DNA of 63,784 bases, filler included, from Platydemus manokwari (GCA_037951405.1; 5 parts of 5 records of this genome joined end to end with filler, not necessarily neighbours in it), one strand, 5' to 3'. Numbered from the whole stretch's first letter, positions 28,518 to 43,587 are shown. Numbers and translations: made by a program. Notes: a model not told the origin generated them from the letters alone.

Positions 28518-29663
28518 TTATCCTCAACGAATTAATAGATCGAATTAAACATTTAATTGGGTTAATTAATTAACTAAATCAAATTATTGGACTAATATAG
28601 TATAATAATGAAAACCAATCAATTTATCACAAAATTATTTTAAAATGAAAATTATTAAATTATTTTTACGCTAATTATAAATAAAATATCATTTATATAT
28701 TATTTTATTATTATTATTTTATGATTATATATAATATACATTCTGATTTATGCGTTGAACTTCTTGATCAGATATTCATAGAATATATTCCTATAGAAAT
28801 ATGATGTACTTCATAACACCAAAAGTAGAACTGAAATAGTAATGACAATATTTACTATGATTGTGATAATAGTTATAAAATAATAATTATGATCACTGCA
28901 ATAATTATTGTTATTTAGTTGTAATGGTAACAATAATGATAATTATTATAATTCTAATAATAAATAAATATAATTATTAACATATTAATTAATATAATAA
29001 TGGCATTATTGTTATTAATAATAAGTTGATTTTTCGTGTTTGATATTAATTGGAAATATAAATTATTCATTTAAGATAATATTGAATATAATTCATTTTT
29101 TCTCATTCTGTTGAAAGCCAAATATTGATTTCAGGATTTTTAAGGTGAATGTCAGCCAAATCGATTAATTTCCCAAAAAATATTTTCCTTAAATTCTATT
29201 AACAAATTACCGGGTATAATAATAAAATTAATATCCAAAGGAAAATGATTAAAAAATATAAATTTGTTTTAATTCATATCATATAGTTAAGAATGTTGTT
29301 TGAATATAATCATCATATAATTGGAATGAAAGCAAAAACACTAGTTTCAGGAAAATTCAAATGAATCATTTGAAAGTCTGAATGAAAACCAATGGGCAAC
29401 AAGTTATTTATTAGTGAATCGAATTAATGTTGAGCAGGTGTATCTGACAGATTAAAATGTGAACTCATGAAAATGATTCACTTTGTTTTAATATTTTATT
29501 TAAAAAGGAAATATTCCTTGAAATAGTAAATCCCATTTTAATGTTTTTAATAATGAAAACAAATTAAATTATTAAGTGATAAATGATGTATGATATCATA
29601 AATTTTGAATAAATATTTTGCTTGATTTTATTATATATCGGTGATTCTTAACTTTCGTAATTA

Positions 29664-29824
29664 CCGTATTTTCCGGACTATAAAAAGATTTTTAGGCTGG
29701 AATAATAAAAAAAGATAATGATGACATCAATATAACCGAGTGTGATATTTTAAAATATATTTTATTTAATATATTAATCAGTCAACTCAGAGTTAGCATC
29801 CGCCTTATAGTCCGGAAAATACGG
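29664..29824. mobile_element. Tc1/mariner-pogo-type MITE, 161 bp
   Basis: Perfect 20-bp TIRs CCGTATTTTCCGGACTATAA / TTATAGTCCGGAAAATACGG with a TA dinucleotide on both sides. Confidence 0.92.
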
Positions 29825-30408
29825 TAGTTGTTTTCTAAAATCCATATGAAAGTCGAAATCCACAATAGTGGAACAATGGATAAAATCATATAAAAGTATT
29901 TTTAAAAATTTTATTTTTTAATGAGGTATATTAAGATGTAAATTTATATCAATAATATCTAGAAATGGTGGAATTTTCTTGACAAGTAGCTTTGAATTTC
30001 TTCGTATATGATAACTGATGATTTATGTTTTATTGGGGAATTTGAGAATCTTGGCATTAAAATAGGAGCGATTTTGCGTAACATTTCTAATTCATTGTTA
30101 AAAATACACAAATATTGGGAAAATTGTGAATTACCAGCAATATCTTTAAATGGCTTGACAATTTCTAATTTTATTTATTATAAATATGAATTTGAATTGA
30201 GAAAAATCTACAAGTGTTTCAAAGATGATATTTTCCTTTGAAAATTATGAAGAATCTCATCATTTCTTATAAATATTTATTTATTTGTCACTTGATCGGA
30301 ATAATATTATCGATTATAATTTCGATTAAAACAAGAACTATATTTACAATTTTAAAAGAATAAAAATTATAATTAAAACCCTTTAACAATTATTACTCTC
30401 TCTCTCAG

Positions 30409-33400
30409 ATTACAAGAAGTCAATGATCTCCATCAAAAATTACTGAACCATTCAACCAGTCCTTCTAGTAGTATTATCTACCCAAAGGATTTACCAAACG
30501 ATTCTGATGTATAAATGATTGTTGTCCTTGATAATTATGTTGTCGTTATGGTTTAGAATTATTCAGTTAAAAGTAAAGAATTAAAGAAAATCGACAGTCT
30601 TAATGGTTCTATAGCTTCTATACCCAATAATGAGAATCTCAACACCAATGAACTTTATATTTGTTCCCTAATTGATAAAATCAGTCAACTGGAACAAAAG
30701 ATTATCGTTTTGGAACTGGAAAATCAAGTCACAGCAAAACGACATCAAATTGAAACCAAGGTAGATTTATATTTGAAATTATTCGATTATCCCATTATTT
30801 TTAATATTTCAATTTTTTTATTTTTATAATAAATTTTATTTTGAAAAATTTTCATCGATTATATTCATTAAAATATAAAAATCGGTTGGGAAAGGTTTTT
30901 GAGCTAAAAAATCTGATTTAATGATAATTGATACTGTTCATCATTTCTGTTGCTATTCATATTATCGTTCTCTAATGCTCAGTATCGGGAATTGTATGAA
31001 GAATATATTACCAAGAAAGGAGAAGAATTACCGAAATTAGATTCCAATAAAACCGCTATGGGAACAACAAAAAATTTCATGTTATCTGACAATAATCAGT
31101 TCATTGCAGAGTTCTATGAGTCGAAATTCATTTCTCTCAATAAGCAGATGTATCAAGCTATTTCTAAAGCGGCACTTTTTTACGATGAAGTAATTATATT
31201 ATTTTATCCTATGAAATAATTTATTTTTATTTATTATTAATACTAATTATATTACGATACGTCATTCGAGGTTTTGCAGAGTTGATTTACATTATTATCT
31301 ATTTCCCCTCTCACTCTCATATCAAAAACCGTTATTCTATAAGAATGCCTACACAAACACGGATGCATTTTTGATATTGATAATGGCTTTTGATTTATTA
31401 TTATCTCGATTTATTCAACTGGTTTATTATTTGGAGTTAAATGGGTTTTGGTTTGTGGCTTTTGAAATGGTGTCGTGTTTGGAATTGAAATAAAAATGTA
31501 AAGGGATGCTTTATTATTAAAGAGATTAATATAGTAATCACGAAAGAGAATTTGAGGAAATTTCTAGTTAATTTTACTGGTCAAATCATGTGAGTACATC
31601 TGGGTATTTTTTCATCCTGTAGTATGAGAAGTTTTATTGTTGTTATTTATATGGTTCCCAATTAACTGAGACTCATCTTTTGGCCGCTGGTAAATCACAA
31701 TTTGCTATCACTTAATTAATGAAAAATTTTACAAGAATTTCTCGCATATCTGAGTGTAAATTATAGATATTAATATCACAAAAATTTCGCCAAGGTAAGA
31801 TAAATCGATTATGGTTCCCTAATTATGTCAACTCTTAAAGATCCGGTCTGTAATTATAGTTGTGAATTTCAAGACGATTTCAAGTTCAATAGAAATGTAT
31901 GTTTTATATGGTTCAGATCAAGATTAAAAAAACAAAGATCAAAAATATTCTGGCTATAATTACGTAGATGAGTAGTACCCAAATTTTTTCAATTTATTTA
32001 TATTTTAATGTTTAACAACGTACTGTCAAAGTAAATGGTGATTTCTTAACATAAACCTTTCAAATTAAGCATTTTCTTGACTAGCTAGATCAATATTATT
32101 AGTTCACATTAGATCGTGCTGACAACAACCTAAATTCACGATATTCTGGTTTGCAACCATATTTTGTGATCAGTCAATTTTATTTATCATTACTTTTAGA
32201 AACATCACATTATCGATTTTCTTTTCATAATTTCAATTTACTTTTAATTTTCAGTCGTTTATTCAAGATTTCTTTTCAAAAAGACCATTGTATTGTACGT
32301 AGTATGGGTTTTCGAATAATAAACGAATGAAGTACACTGATAAATTTTAACTATTTTTTTTAATTAGAAAATCATTTAACCACAAGTCCTTGAAAATATA
32401 ACCAACACATATTGAATGAAATTTTTCTTCAATTTTAAGGATTTATAATCAAATGAAAGTTGTAATGTGCGAAATTAGTATTTGAAGTTTTTGATTCCGT
32501 CGATTAATTTTTGAAACATTCTTGAAAAAAATGGCTTTTTATATTTTGCTACGAGCAACTAAATATTTATTTATAAACATTGGCTGTCGAGATAGCCAGG
32601 TAAATCTGACATACTATTAGAGTTTTCCTCACGACGAACTCTAAATATCACGGATAGTCTTTTGATTTGTTGCTGGCATATTCGTAGAATCTCATTCGTT
32701 CATTAACAATAGTGCCATATGTATCAAGATTGTAGTCATAGTCTATGGAACTGTCGCTAATCTCGTCGCTGTCGTCATAGTCATCGGGAGGGTAGAGATG
32801 TTTGTTTCTTTGTCAAAACTTCTTGCTCATTATAAGCCTTTGTTTTCTCGAATTCCTTTTTTGAGTTGGAATTGTCATCAAGTTTCGCCGATTTTAGCTT
32901 TGAACTGTTCTTTGACTGAGAAGAGTTATTGTGGTCACAGATTCACTGAGTTTCCTGTTGAGTCCCAATCTTCTTGTGATATTTGTTCGATGGTCCAAAA
33001 CAGGATTGCCATTATGCTTCGATTTTTTGGTCGAATTGTTTGAATTTGTCGACACGTTGAACCGTTATGTCTGCCAGCGGGCAATAGTCTGTCTTTTGCA
33101 ACGTTGGCTTAACCGGAGATTTTAGTTTCGTACTGTTCTAGCTAGTCATTTTGGTGGTCTCATCTACGTCAATATTGTTTGGGATGGGTTCACTATTATC
33201 TTTGATCTCTGTTGGAAGTTTGACTTCTGGTGATTCAACTTTGATGTTTTTGTAGCGGCATGTTTTGACTTTCATCCGGTGGGTTCGTATCGTTTGAATT
33301 ATTTTGAAAGTCGATTTCTCTGACTGGAGAATAACCTTAAGTCATTGTTATCTGCCGTTTTCGAGACTGGGGCTTGGAGGGACAATCACTTTTTTAAGTT

Positions 33401-35757
33401 TGATAACGTCCGTCATTCCATTCTTGCAATTGTTTGCGTTTATATTAATTGATATCGAGTTGTCTGAGTTCATGGCGATATTTTAGGCTTTATTTGGGAT
33501 ATCAGGTTCTTTTTCTTTAATTTGCTAACTGTTTTTTGCCAAGGAGGATTGTCTCTGGTGGGATCATTGTCTTTGAATTAAGTTGGTTCGGTTCCCACCG
33601 TAGTGGATGGTCTTAGATGATCAATTTTGTCGGGTTTGCCTTTTGTGATTTTATTGATAACTTCGGTATAGGTCTTTTTTTGTTTTAATCCAGAGATTAT
33701 GGTCTGAGGATTGAGTTTTAGCCCAGATTGTTTAGCGTCTGAGCTAAAGCTGGTTTCGGTCATTATATCCTGTGGTGTGCCAGTTGATGAGATTGAACAT
33801 ATTTCTTGAAGATATTAAATATTTGGTTGAGTAACCATTTTTCATAGAGAGACCGAGCGTTATTATTGATGGAATAACCTTCCTTAAATGTGTTGTCAAT
33901 GAGACTATGAGCACGAATTGGCTCATTATCCTTGCAAACGTACTCAGATTTACTATTAAGGCAACATTGGCACTTCCCATGCCGAGTAAGTTTACTGTGA
34001 CATAAGTTTAAAATTCCGACTTGTTCTAAAAAGTTTTTGCTCAAGTATCACCTGATTAAGCCCGTCATCCTTGTGGGAGTACTCTTTAGACAATTTCAAA
34101 TCAAAATTAACCATACTAGATAATATTGATCAAATTCAATTCTCGCAATCTTGCTTTGATTTCATAAACTTTTGATTTTTCAGAATTATTATTATTATTA
34201 TTATTATCGGTAAAAATTTGAATTCTGTTAGATTTATTTATTTAACTTGTTGGAACGTGTTATATGGTAACGCTGATAATTTTTATTTTGTCTGACATGA
34301 TAATCACTGATTTATAAAAGTATTGAATAATTGTCTTTGTTAACAAGAATTTATTATAATATTATCATTGTTGAAATTGTTTTTTTTTATTTTAAATATG
34401 ATTTGTTTGAGTGATACATGATCATACTTAGTAGCAATAACATTTATTCAATACACCGGTCCTTGAGAAACGGTGATGCTGTGATAAAAATGTACGATAT
34501 GGAAAAATTTAAATAATTTATGATTGATTGGTATTTGAGCATTGTCGGTTTGAAATGTTCATGTTTAATATTTTATTTCTTGAAATTGTACTTCAATAAA
34601 TGTCGAAAATTGCTAAATTCTGTTCATTATTTATATCTCATTTTTCCTATTATTAACAATGTGCGAGTATCGATAATAAATATTTTTCAAAGATATTTTA
34701 TTCCATATTTGTTGCAATAAATATGATTATAATTATTATTGTAATAGTTATGAAGCTTTTGGTGATAATTTGTTTTGATTGTATCATTATTAGTGATTTA
34801 TGCTTGAGCGAATTTAATCCAGTTCAATGATTTGATACCAAAATAGAATATCAGATTTTCCATCTCATTTGTGATTCTATTTTTACAAAGAGTTTCTTTA
34901 TTTATTAATATTATTATGTGCTTAAATTATGAAAAGTTTTCATAAAAATTACCAACGGTACATTTCTTAGATAGCCTTTTCCCAGATTGTCTTTTATCAG
35001 AATAAAATGATTTCACAATCTTCTGACTTTTATAGATGAAATGATTTTTCAAAATTAACCCGTTTCATTTTAAAGCTAGATTTGATAAATAAGTTAGTGA
35101 TTAATCTGAAGTTAAATTCTGAAAACCTAATTAAATTTTTACAATTTTGACAGATTTTTCTCGAAGTTTTGTAGAGATTCGTTTGATATTTATTAAGCAA
35201 CTTCAACATACAAAGCAACATAAATTGTTAATAATTTAAGAAAAAACAATTCATGCCAATTATGTATCAATAAGAACCGATTTAAATTCGTTGGTATAAA
35301 TTAAGCATGCGGTATTGTATTCATTACAATTGGATTCTTGTTTGATTCCAGGCAAAAGCCATGGAAAATCGATTAGAAATAGAGCGATCAGAAACTCAAA
35401 ATCTTCGGGTCGAGATTGACTTGATGAAAGACAAACTAGTATCGTGTCAAGTATTAAATCTCAGATTTCTCGTCATTTTTCAAATGAATTGCTATTGATT
35501 TTAGGAAGATATAGATTTAACAGCGAAACAGTACGAGAAAAAGATGCGAGAAATGTCCATTCATCTAGCTGAGTTGAACTCACAGGTAGAGAACAGAAAA
35601 ACCAATTCCACACGGAATAATCAAATGAACGGAGATAATGTTATGGTTGGAAATGACAATATTTCATCAATAAAAGTAATTTTATATGAAAACCGTCGTC
35701 ATGTGATTTTTGTCTTAATTTTTTTTTCAGGGGTTTATTAACTCACTGAAAAAATAG
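30409..35757 (+). CDS. PPP1R21: Protein phosphatase 1 regulatory subunit 21 (FERRY subunit Fy-2), 3' six exons; 5' part not found in window
   Basis: Exons 30409-30508, 30557-30760, 30983-31189, 35352-35450, 35505-35675 and 35731-35757, all joined in phase 0. DKISQLEQKIIVLELENQV, YESKFISLNKQMYQAISKAALFYDEAKAMENRL and DIDLTAKQYEKKMREMSIHLAELN align by eye with the PPP1R21 C-terminal coiled coil (TTKRSYEDQ region). Confidence 0.8.
32570..34200 (-). mobile_element. Decayed retroelement-like insertion in the large PPP1R21 intron
   Basis: GC-richer, strand-biased, frameshifted coding-like sequence (ORFs 33578-33763 and 33763-34044 with Cys/His residues). Class not determined; possibly the N-terminal region of a non-LTR element. 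Confidence 0.45.
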
Positions 35758-38700
35758 AACACTGAAAAAATCTTGAGGTGATTTGTGTTATCTCGTTCAG
35801 ATATTTTATATATTGTTGAGGATTTTTGTAAATTTCTTATCATCATATTAACTTTTACATAAATTGATTTGTTTTTTGATTTTTCAAATGGACTTTTTGT
35901 TATTTTCAATTATGGCAATAAAATTTTTCGATGTCAAAAAATGAAATTAGCAAATTTCTATGCCTATTTGGTCATTGAAGAGAGAGCATTGCGCTGAAGG
36001 ATTGCTCATATGGGAAGAACTGTTAGGATTTTTTCGTTTTATAAAAGCTTCTTTTGCCAATAATATCGAATTTTTTCAAAAAATTGCGAAAATTTTAGGT
36101 ATATTTTTGTATATAATAGATTTCAATGGATTTTAAAACGAATTTTTGAAGTCAAACAGCTTAGAATTTTATTTGAAATTATCAATTTTTCTGCTTGGTG
36201 CCTTCTTCGTTGGGTGATCTGAAATTACTTGTTAAGTATAAATATTTCGAAGGATAAACAGAAATTGTATTGATTTTCTGCTATTATTTATTTGTAATTA
36301 TGACATAAAATTAATGTTCATAAAATTTTATTTGGATATCTCTACTTTTATTTTCAATAATCGTAACTACAAATAATCACACAAATATCGATGTTATCAT
36401 CCGGCACAAATTAGATTATCATTCCGTTATCATAGTGATTATGAAGGCATGTAAATATCTTGTGACATTTCTAATTGTGTTTTTCCTTACATAGTTACAC
36501 GGGGAATTTGATTGGTCTGGTATTCGTTTAAAAATGTTTGAAATTTATTTCACTTTTGATTGATTAATTTTGGTATTTATGCGTCTGTGTTCGATTTTTA
36601 AACTTTCCCAGGTTTATTGTGGTCGTCGTACTTCATTCTTTACAAGTTTATAAATATAACGAAAAATTGTACGTAAAAAAATTAATTAATTGTGATATGT
36701 GTTGCGTAATTGTAGTTGAAATTATATTTGTAAAAAGTTTTTGATCCTAATAACAAATAATTTTTTATAAAACTTATAATTTCGGTAAATCGTTATGGGA
36801 AAAAAACCTTTGCTTTTTTTATCTATTGAGTTGCTATTGCGAATTATTTTTATTTTATAGAAATTCCAAGATAACACAAAATAACCGAAAATCAACAATA
36901 TTTAGCATCACATATCCGAGTCCCCAGCTTCTAATGTAAAATTTCCTAATCTTTATTTTTTAGCATTAAGATCAATGGATGATAATGCTGATAATAATAA
37001 TTTATCTAATAATTATAGATATTTTTATTATTTCTCTTTACTGCTTCGTGATAAAATATGAAAAGTATCATAAAACCTAAAATTCTTCTCATCTTTTTTA
37101 TTGATAAAGAACGAAGTTTTTGGTATGGTCTATATATTTTAGAAATTTTAACAGATCATTTTATTGATGGAAATTTTGCAATGCATCTGAAAAATCTGAT
37201 TTGTATTGATTATTTCAAATATTTTTCTCGATTGGTCCTGTTATAATGCATTCCGATATTTGGAATTATTCTTTGACACTAACAACTCTCCATGCATTAA
37301 ATGGATATACTTTTAGTATTATAATGCAATTATGTTTCATTCAGAAGAGAAATTGGATTCAGAGAATTGAGTGAAATGTTTGAAATTCAATTAGTAAATT
37401 GATCCGGTTTTAAGTTGAAATAATTAAACACTTTAATGACATCAAAACCAATGGATTTTGTAAACATAATTAAGGTAATAATTAAAGGATTTAATATATT
37501 GATGCTCGTATTTTACAAAAAATATCGATTCTGTTCATTTTATCAATAAAAAATCACTAATTAGGTAGAAGAGCTAGTTGAAGTTTTTATGTTAATTTAG
37601 TAGTTATGGTATTTTTTATTCTAATTGATTGAGAAAGAATCATCAAGTATCGTTTGAATGTAATGTTTAATCACTCTGCATAGTATTTGACAACATTTAT
37701 TCTAATTAATTCAAAGGCAAATGACAACAAAATTAGGTACATTTCAATATTATAAGGAAATGACTCAATCAATATCTGCATTGATTTTTAAAGGAATATA
37801 AATACTGTGTTTCTAAAAATAGATTGTGAAATATATGCCAAAGATTCCAAGTTTTTAATACAATCAATAAGAATTGGAAAAATATAAAATTTTCAAAGTT
37901 AATGGTAATTTTAGAAATTTATTTACTAACCAGCTCAGTCTTGAAATCAATCCAGTGTTTATCAAAGATTTAAACAATAAATTCTGTAAAGGTTAGGGGA
38001 GTTTGTTAATTTATCCATTGAAAATCGTATTAGATAGTTTGGCCAACACACTGATTGTGTAGCTCTTTGTACTTGAAAATATTTTTATAACTCGAAATCA
38101 CGGTCATTTCATTTTAATTTACCGCTAAATTATCTGGTATAGTGTATACTTAAAAGTTACTACAACATTGTAGTCTATTTTATATAATTTAAATATAAAA
38201 TTTCAATTACTTGATTGCATGATCTACTCCCATTTTGTAAAATTAATTCTTCTTTTTCATTATTATGTTTTTTAATTTAGACTTAATATTTGAAATCATT
38301 TTTAAAAATTTTCAAAACATTTACTAGACAAAAAATACATTTTTATTAGTTAAGATGATGAGAAGTGACTCTTCTATAAAGCTTTCAATACATGGCAATA
38401 AACCAAAAATAATTTAGTAATAAATGAGTCAAAAATTATGATTAATAAATAATATATTTAAAAATAATATTATTTTTCCTTTTCTTTTTGAATTTCTATC
38501 AATTAATTAGCAATAGATTTGAGGCTATGATTAAATTGAATCTATAGATAAATCATGGATTTCCCTGATACAGTCATCTATAATCGTGTATAATAATAAA
38601 GGAAAAATGTACGATTTATCTTATATTTAATTGAAACATTAACTTGATTTAAATATTGAACTGACTCATTTATTATGCAAGCAGAGTAGAATTGACTGGA

Positions 38701-40178
38701 AACCCAGGCATATTGGTTTTTATAGAACCGTAAGACGATAACACAGTTTTTTAAGTAATTTAGTTATATACTTGAAATGACTATTAAATTCTTTTAGAAT
38801 TAAATAAATAAGATATTATAATGAATTAAAGAATCTCTTTATAATGGAAGTTTGATAAGTTATCTGAATAATGAGGATTTAATCCAGTGGAAAAAATTTA
38901 TTTCCTTACCAAGAACTAGCTCACGTTGAGTAAAATCCTGAAAATTTTAAGTGACTTTAATATTAACTTTTATATATTAAACAAATATTTCTTTCATGAG
39001 ATTACAGTGTTCTTATAAAATCATTTCGGTTTGAGAAATCACTTCAAATTTATCAATAAATGGCATTTAATAAAATTGTAAAACTAATTCTATTATAACT
39101 TTATTTAGCTTAGTATTATTGAACCACATCAGAAATGGATTGGTTGAGTGAAGCTAGATCGGTGAATTCAAAATTTATGAAATTTTAATAAAATTGTTTC
39201 GATGTGACAATAAAATTTTATAATGAATTTGAGTTAAAAAAAATGATCACGTCAACCAAATAATTGGGATGCCTTTTATTTGAATATTCAAACTTTTTTA
39301 CGGGTTAGAAATATGTAGATCTCATATGTACTCTTCAACTGCAATGTCTTCTTTTTCAAAGATGAGTCTTAAATTTTTAGAAACAGTTATGTTTGTCTAG
39401 ATTTCTGAACTACAAGCTAACCGACGCAGAACTTCAAAATTTAATTGACGTTTAGCTTTTTTAATATTTGGATCAAAATATAGTATTTTTAATTTAATTT
39501 CTAACCGAATTTTATCAAGTATTTGAAGATCTTATAACTTCTTATGTGTAACTTTATGAATATGTAAATTAATTCACAAATCTACTATTTTTACTCATTA
39601 TAAAAATTCAATTTTAAATTATTTTTAGATTAGCTAAATATAATTCTATAGACAAATATTTTTGTATATAAACATTCAAAAAAATTCTAAATTCAAAATT
39701 CGTTTGATAAATTCAGAATTTGTTTTCTGTATTTTTATATTTTATAATATTAAAGTAGCTATTAAGAAGCAATCGAATAAAATAACCAAGATCTCTGGTA
39801 AAATATAAAAACATTGCAAATATAACTATGTAAATATATGATAAACTACAAAACCCTGTAAAATTCGGTATTTTAATACCTGTCTTAATCATTTAACAGA
39901 ATCAATTTCATTTATACTATACTGGATGAAAAAGTTCCACGTTTTTCATTAGTTTAAAAGTATTCGCTAAGAATCTTTTATATTGCATCGCATTGATCAT
40001 TTTACTTATAAAAGTTAAATGTAAAACATATCTAATTTCACTTTGTTTAAATATATGGTATATCAATAAGTTTCTAATTTATGTGATTTAGTTAAGTTTT
40101 TCAAGTTTTATATGTATTGTTATTAGTTTGAAAATTTTCTTATTACAAATTATTAACAAATTTCAATTAAAATAACAG

Positions 40179-40604
40179 GAGCAAAATTTAGAATGTCATG
40201 AACAATGTTGTTATTGTGGTCAAAATACAATCAAAGAATGTAGTGGTTGTGGGTGGGCATTCTATTGCAGGTTGGTCGTTTGATATAACGAATTTTTCAA
40301 AACAATGTTTTTTTTCTTCAAACACAGTCGAGAATGCCAGGAAAAACATTGGTGCATACATAGATTCTTTTGCCAACAAGGTTACGAAAGAGAATTTCCC
40401 AAACTTGAAGGAATGAACATCGTTCCATGTAAAGATTCTCAAATCCAAAAACGACAAATGGTCGTCGAGGAATGCATTGCTAAAAGTGCAGGTCCACCAT
40501 GTTGTGCAATTTGTGCAGATATTCCCAATCAAGTGCGATTGGCTAGATTTGCTGGCATGCTGATTTGTACTGATTGTGTTGAGATTCAGGGCTCGATGAA
40601 TTAG
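40179..40604 (+). CDS. MYND-type zinc finger protein, last two exons, with an additional C-terminal C4 finger
   Basis: Exons 40179-40270 and 40328-40604 (phase-2 GT-AG intron) give CCYCGQNTIKECSGCGWAFYCSRECQEKHWCIHRFFC, the exact MYND spacing C-x2-C-x7-C-x2-C-x5-C-x3-C-x7-H-x3-C. This is followed by CAIC-x17-CTDC. Confidence 0.85.
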
Positions 40605-43487
40605 TTGTGCAACGGGCTCATTTTTATTAAGGAAATTATTTTATTTTATTCATTTCGTTAAGGATATGAAATAATTAATAGTTAAAAAAAATAATTTTTA
40701 TTTAACATATAAATAATATGTAAAAATTAGTTTATAATATTAAGGTGTTTGGCATCACATGGTGTAGAGATGGAGTTATTTATTGAGTTTTTTTGGTGAT
40801 CAATTGTGTTGGCTTGTTTTATTGAGTTGTTGTGTAATATTGTTTTAATACCAGAGCATTTATTTTATAGGTGGTTTTTATGAGATTAAATGAGGGGGGT
40901 AACTAATATCGGAATGAGATTAGTCGATAAAGTATTTTTTTATAAATAATCGATAATTAAATTTTAAAAGAAATATTACAGTATATGAAATTCTGTTGGT
41001 AAAATCTAGTTATACATGGTCGTGATTGAAAGGTTCCAAAACAATAATTAACATGAAAATCATGGTGGTAATCTCTATTTCTCGAATCAGTATGACGGGG
41101 TAATTGAAAATCTTATCATGGGTTGATATTGATTTATTCGTCACGGTTGAGTGGATTGCTATGAGCAGTTTTAACCTGTATGGTATATAGAGAGGCTTCG
41201 TTGATTGGAAATTTTTGTTGCGGGTATTTTAATTATTTCTTCACTAGCCTTTGTTGTCTAATTTTCGTCGGTTTGCATATGCTTGAGAAATTTTGTCCAT
41301 GTGTTATTAATGATATTCACATATAAATCTTTAAATTTAAACACAAAATTAACTAAGTGTTCCAAGTAGGAATATTCTAACCATTTATCAAGGTACCTTC
41401 AGTAATAGTTCATATTGTTAATGATTTTATGTTGGTTTAATGTAAATTTATGGCAGAAAATTGAATCTTTAAGAAACATTAAAATGGAAATAGTGTAATA
41501 TTAAATTTAAAAAGTGTCACTTTCATTGAATTTTCATTCAAATATTGTAAAAATTTTCTGCTTTCAATATGATTATTATTGCGTTTTCTGAGATATTGCT
41601 AACCAAACAAAATTAATTTTTTTGTGAGTAGAACAATATTCTTCTAGTTTGAAGTTTTTCTCGACTCAAATTCATTCAACATTAATTCGGATTCATAAAT
41701 TGGAAAATGTGACCTATTGCTTCGATCTATTTTAAATATTTCAATTATCGCACTACATATGGATCAGTTATTACACGAATCAACATTAACACACATCTAC
41801 ATTGAAAGAATTCTTCAATTCATCTATGATTGAGTCAAAATTTAAATCCATTCTGTTTAGTTATGTTGATGAAAATATGTTAATAACATATCAACACAAT
41901 CATGGAAAATTTTATTTCACTTTCAAAGATCTTAGTAATATGAATTTCTACAGATTGTATATTGACTGTTTGACAGAAAATTTTATTATTTTTTGAAATT
42001 GGTGAAATTAATTTGAAAACAGAGATTACCAATTTGATTGTATCGTGGCATATTTACGACCATTTGTGAAAACATTATACCACAGAATTTAGAAAGAAAT
42101 TTTTTACAGGTGGTTTATTTCAAGCAAAATCTTAAATAAAAATTTTAAATCTACATTTACTTTCTTTAACTATAATAATTATAACCCACACTTATAAATA
42201 TTAGTTCTAAATAATCTCCACAATTTATTATTATCGATTTTTACAAATTTCAGTTACCCGCATTATTTATCATGATTACAACTACAGATTATTTGAAAGT
42301 AATACAAATGTGGATTTTTAATTTCACAAACAATTGATCAATACAATCAGAATTGTTCATTTGTTTTACTCTGTCTGTTAATAATAGATTTTCAAGTTAA
42401 ATTTTTATGAATAATTTCAAAATTGTGAAGGAGAGCTGAATAAATCAAACCCTATTTGAAACAAAATAATACAATAATCTGCAGCGTTTTTAGCAATAAA
42501 AAGGCAATCAAAACTTTTTAATGAGTCTCGTGTGTAGTTTTTAGTGATTACGGTGTGAACAGTTTTCATGAACTATATCGCAATCTGTCTACCTTAAAGC
42601 TGGTGACAGATTGATTAACTATTGGTATTGTGCACAGGTTGAAACTTATTTCGTAATTATGTTTTCAAGCTCTTTAACAAGCTGTGTGAATTTTATGATC
42701 TACTTTAACGATTTGTAAATGGCCGTTTATTAAGTGACAAGAATAAGTGGCTCGTGGATTGGATCCAGATGAATTTCTTCAGTACTAAATCCTTCAGTTT
42801 TGACTTTGGATCTTGTTTATCAATATTGGTATCAACAATAATTATAATATTGGTGAATGATATCCGTAATTCTTAATAGACATTTAAAAATTATTTATTT
42901 TTAATCGAAAAAAATTCGATAATAATATTGATTTAACATAAATACTTGAATTTGAAATTGACACGAATAAGACTGCAGTGAAATATAGTATTGATTCCGA
43001 TATTTTGTTGATAGTCGATTATTAAGAATTATAAAATTAATTTCAACCAGTTAATTTTTAAACATCCACAATCAAGATCATTTAACAATATCCAGATATT
43101 TCGAGCTTAAATCATTTTCTTAACTGACTTAATATTTTAAGATCAACGTTGGTATTTTATTGATTTTCTGTTACTTATCTTGAAATTCATTGGATAAAAA
43201 TAAATTCATTAATAGCATTTCATTTGGATAATCTCAAAATAAGAATTTTTTATAAAATTTAGATTTTTTGGTGGCAATTGCTTGTGTTTTCCTGTGAAAA
43301 AATCGGTGAGAATGTTTTGGAATTGCAATGAATTATAATTGAGTGAAAATCAGGCAATAAAAATTGGTGTTTTTTGATATTTAAATTTGCAAGACAATGA
43401 TGAATTACTATTGTTGTGAGGAAATCTCTCGAAAAACTTATTAAGAACATATTTATTATTATTTATTAATAAATATTTGTTTTTTTT

Positions 43488-43587
43488 NNNNNNNNNNNNN
43501 NNNNNNNNNNNNNNNNNNNNNNNNNNNNNNNTTAATTAATTAANNNNNNNNNNNNNNNNNNNNNNNNNNNNNNNNNNNNNNNNNNNN
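43488..43587. other. Synthetic contig spacer (assembly artefact)
   Basis: N44-TTAATTAATTAA-N44. Confidence 0.97.

Noticed and set aside
40188-40532. Minus-strand 114-aa ORF and alternative plus ORF 40198-40416
   Set aside because: Shadow frames of the spliced MYND exons.
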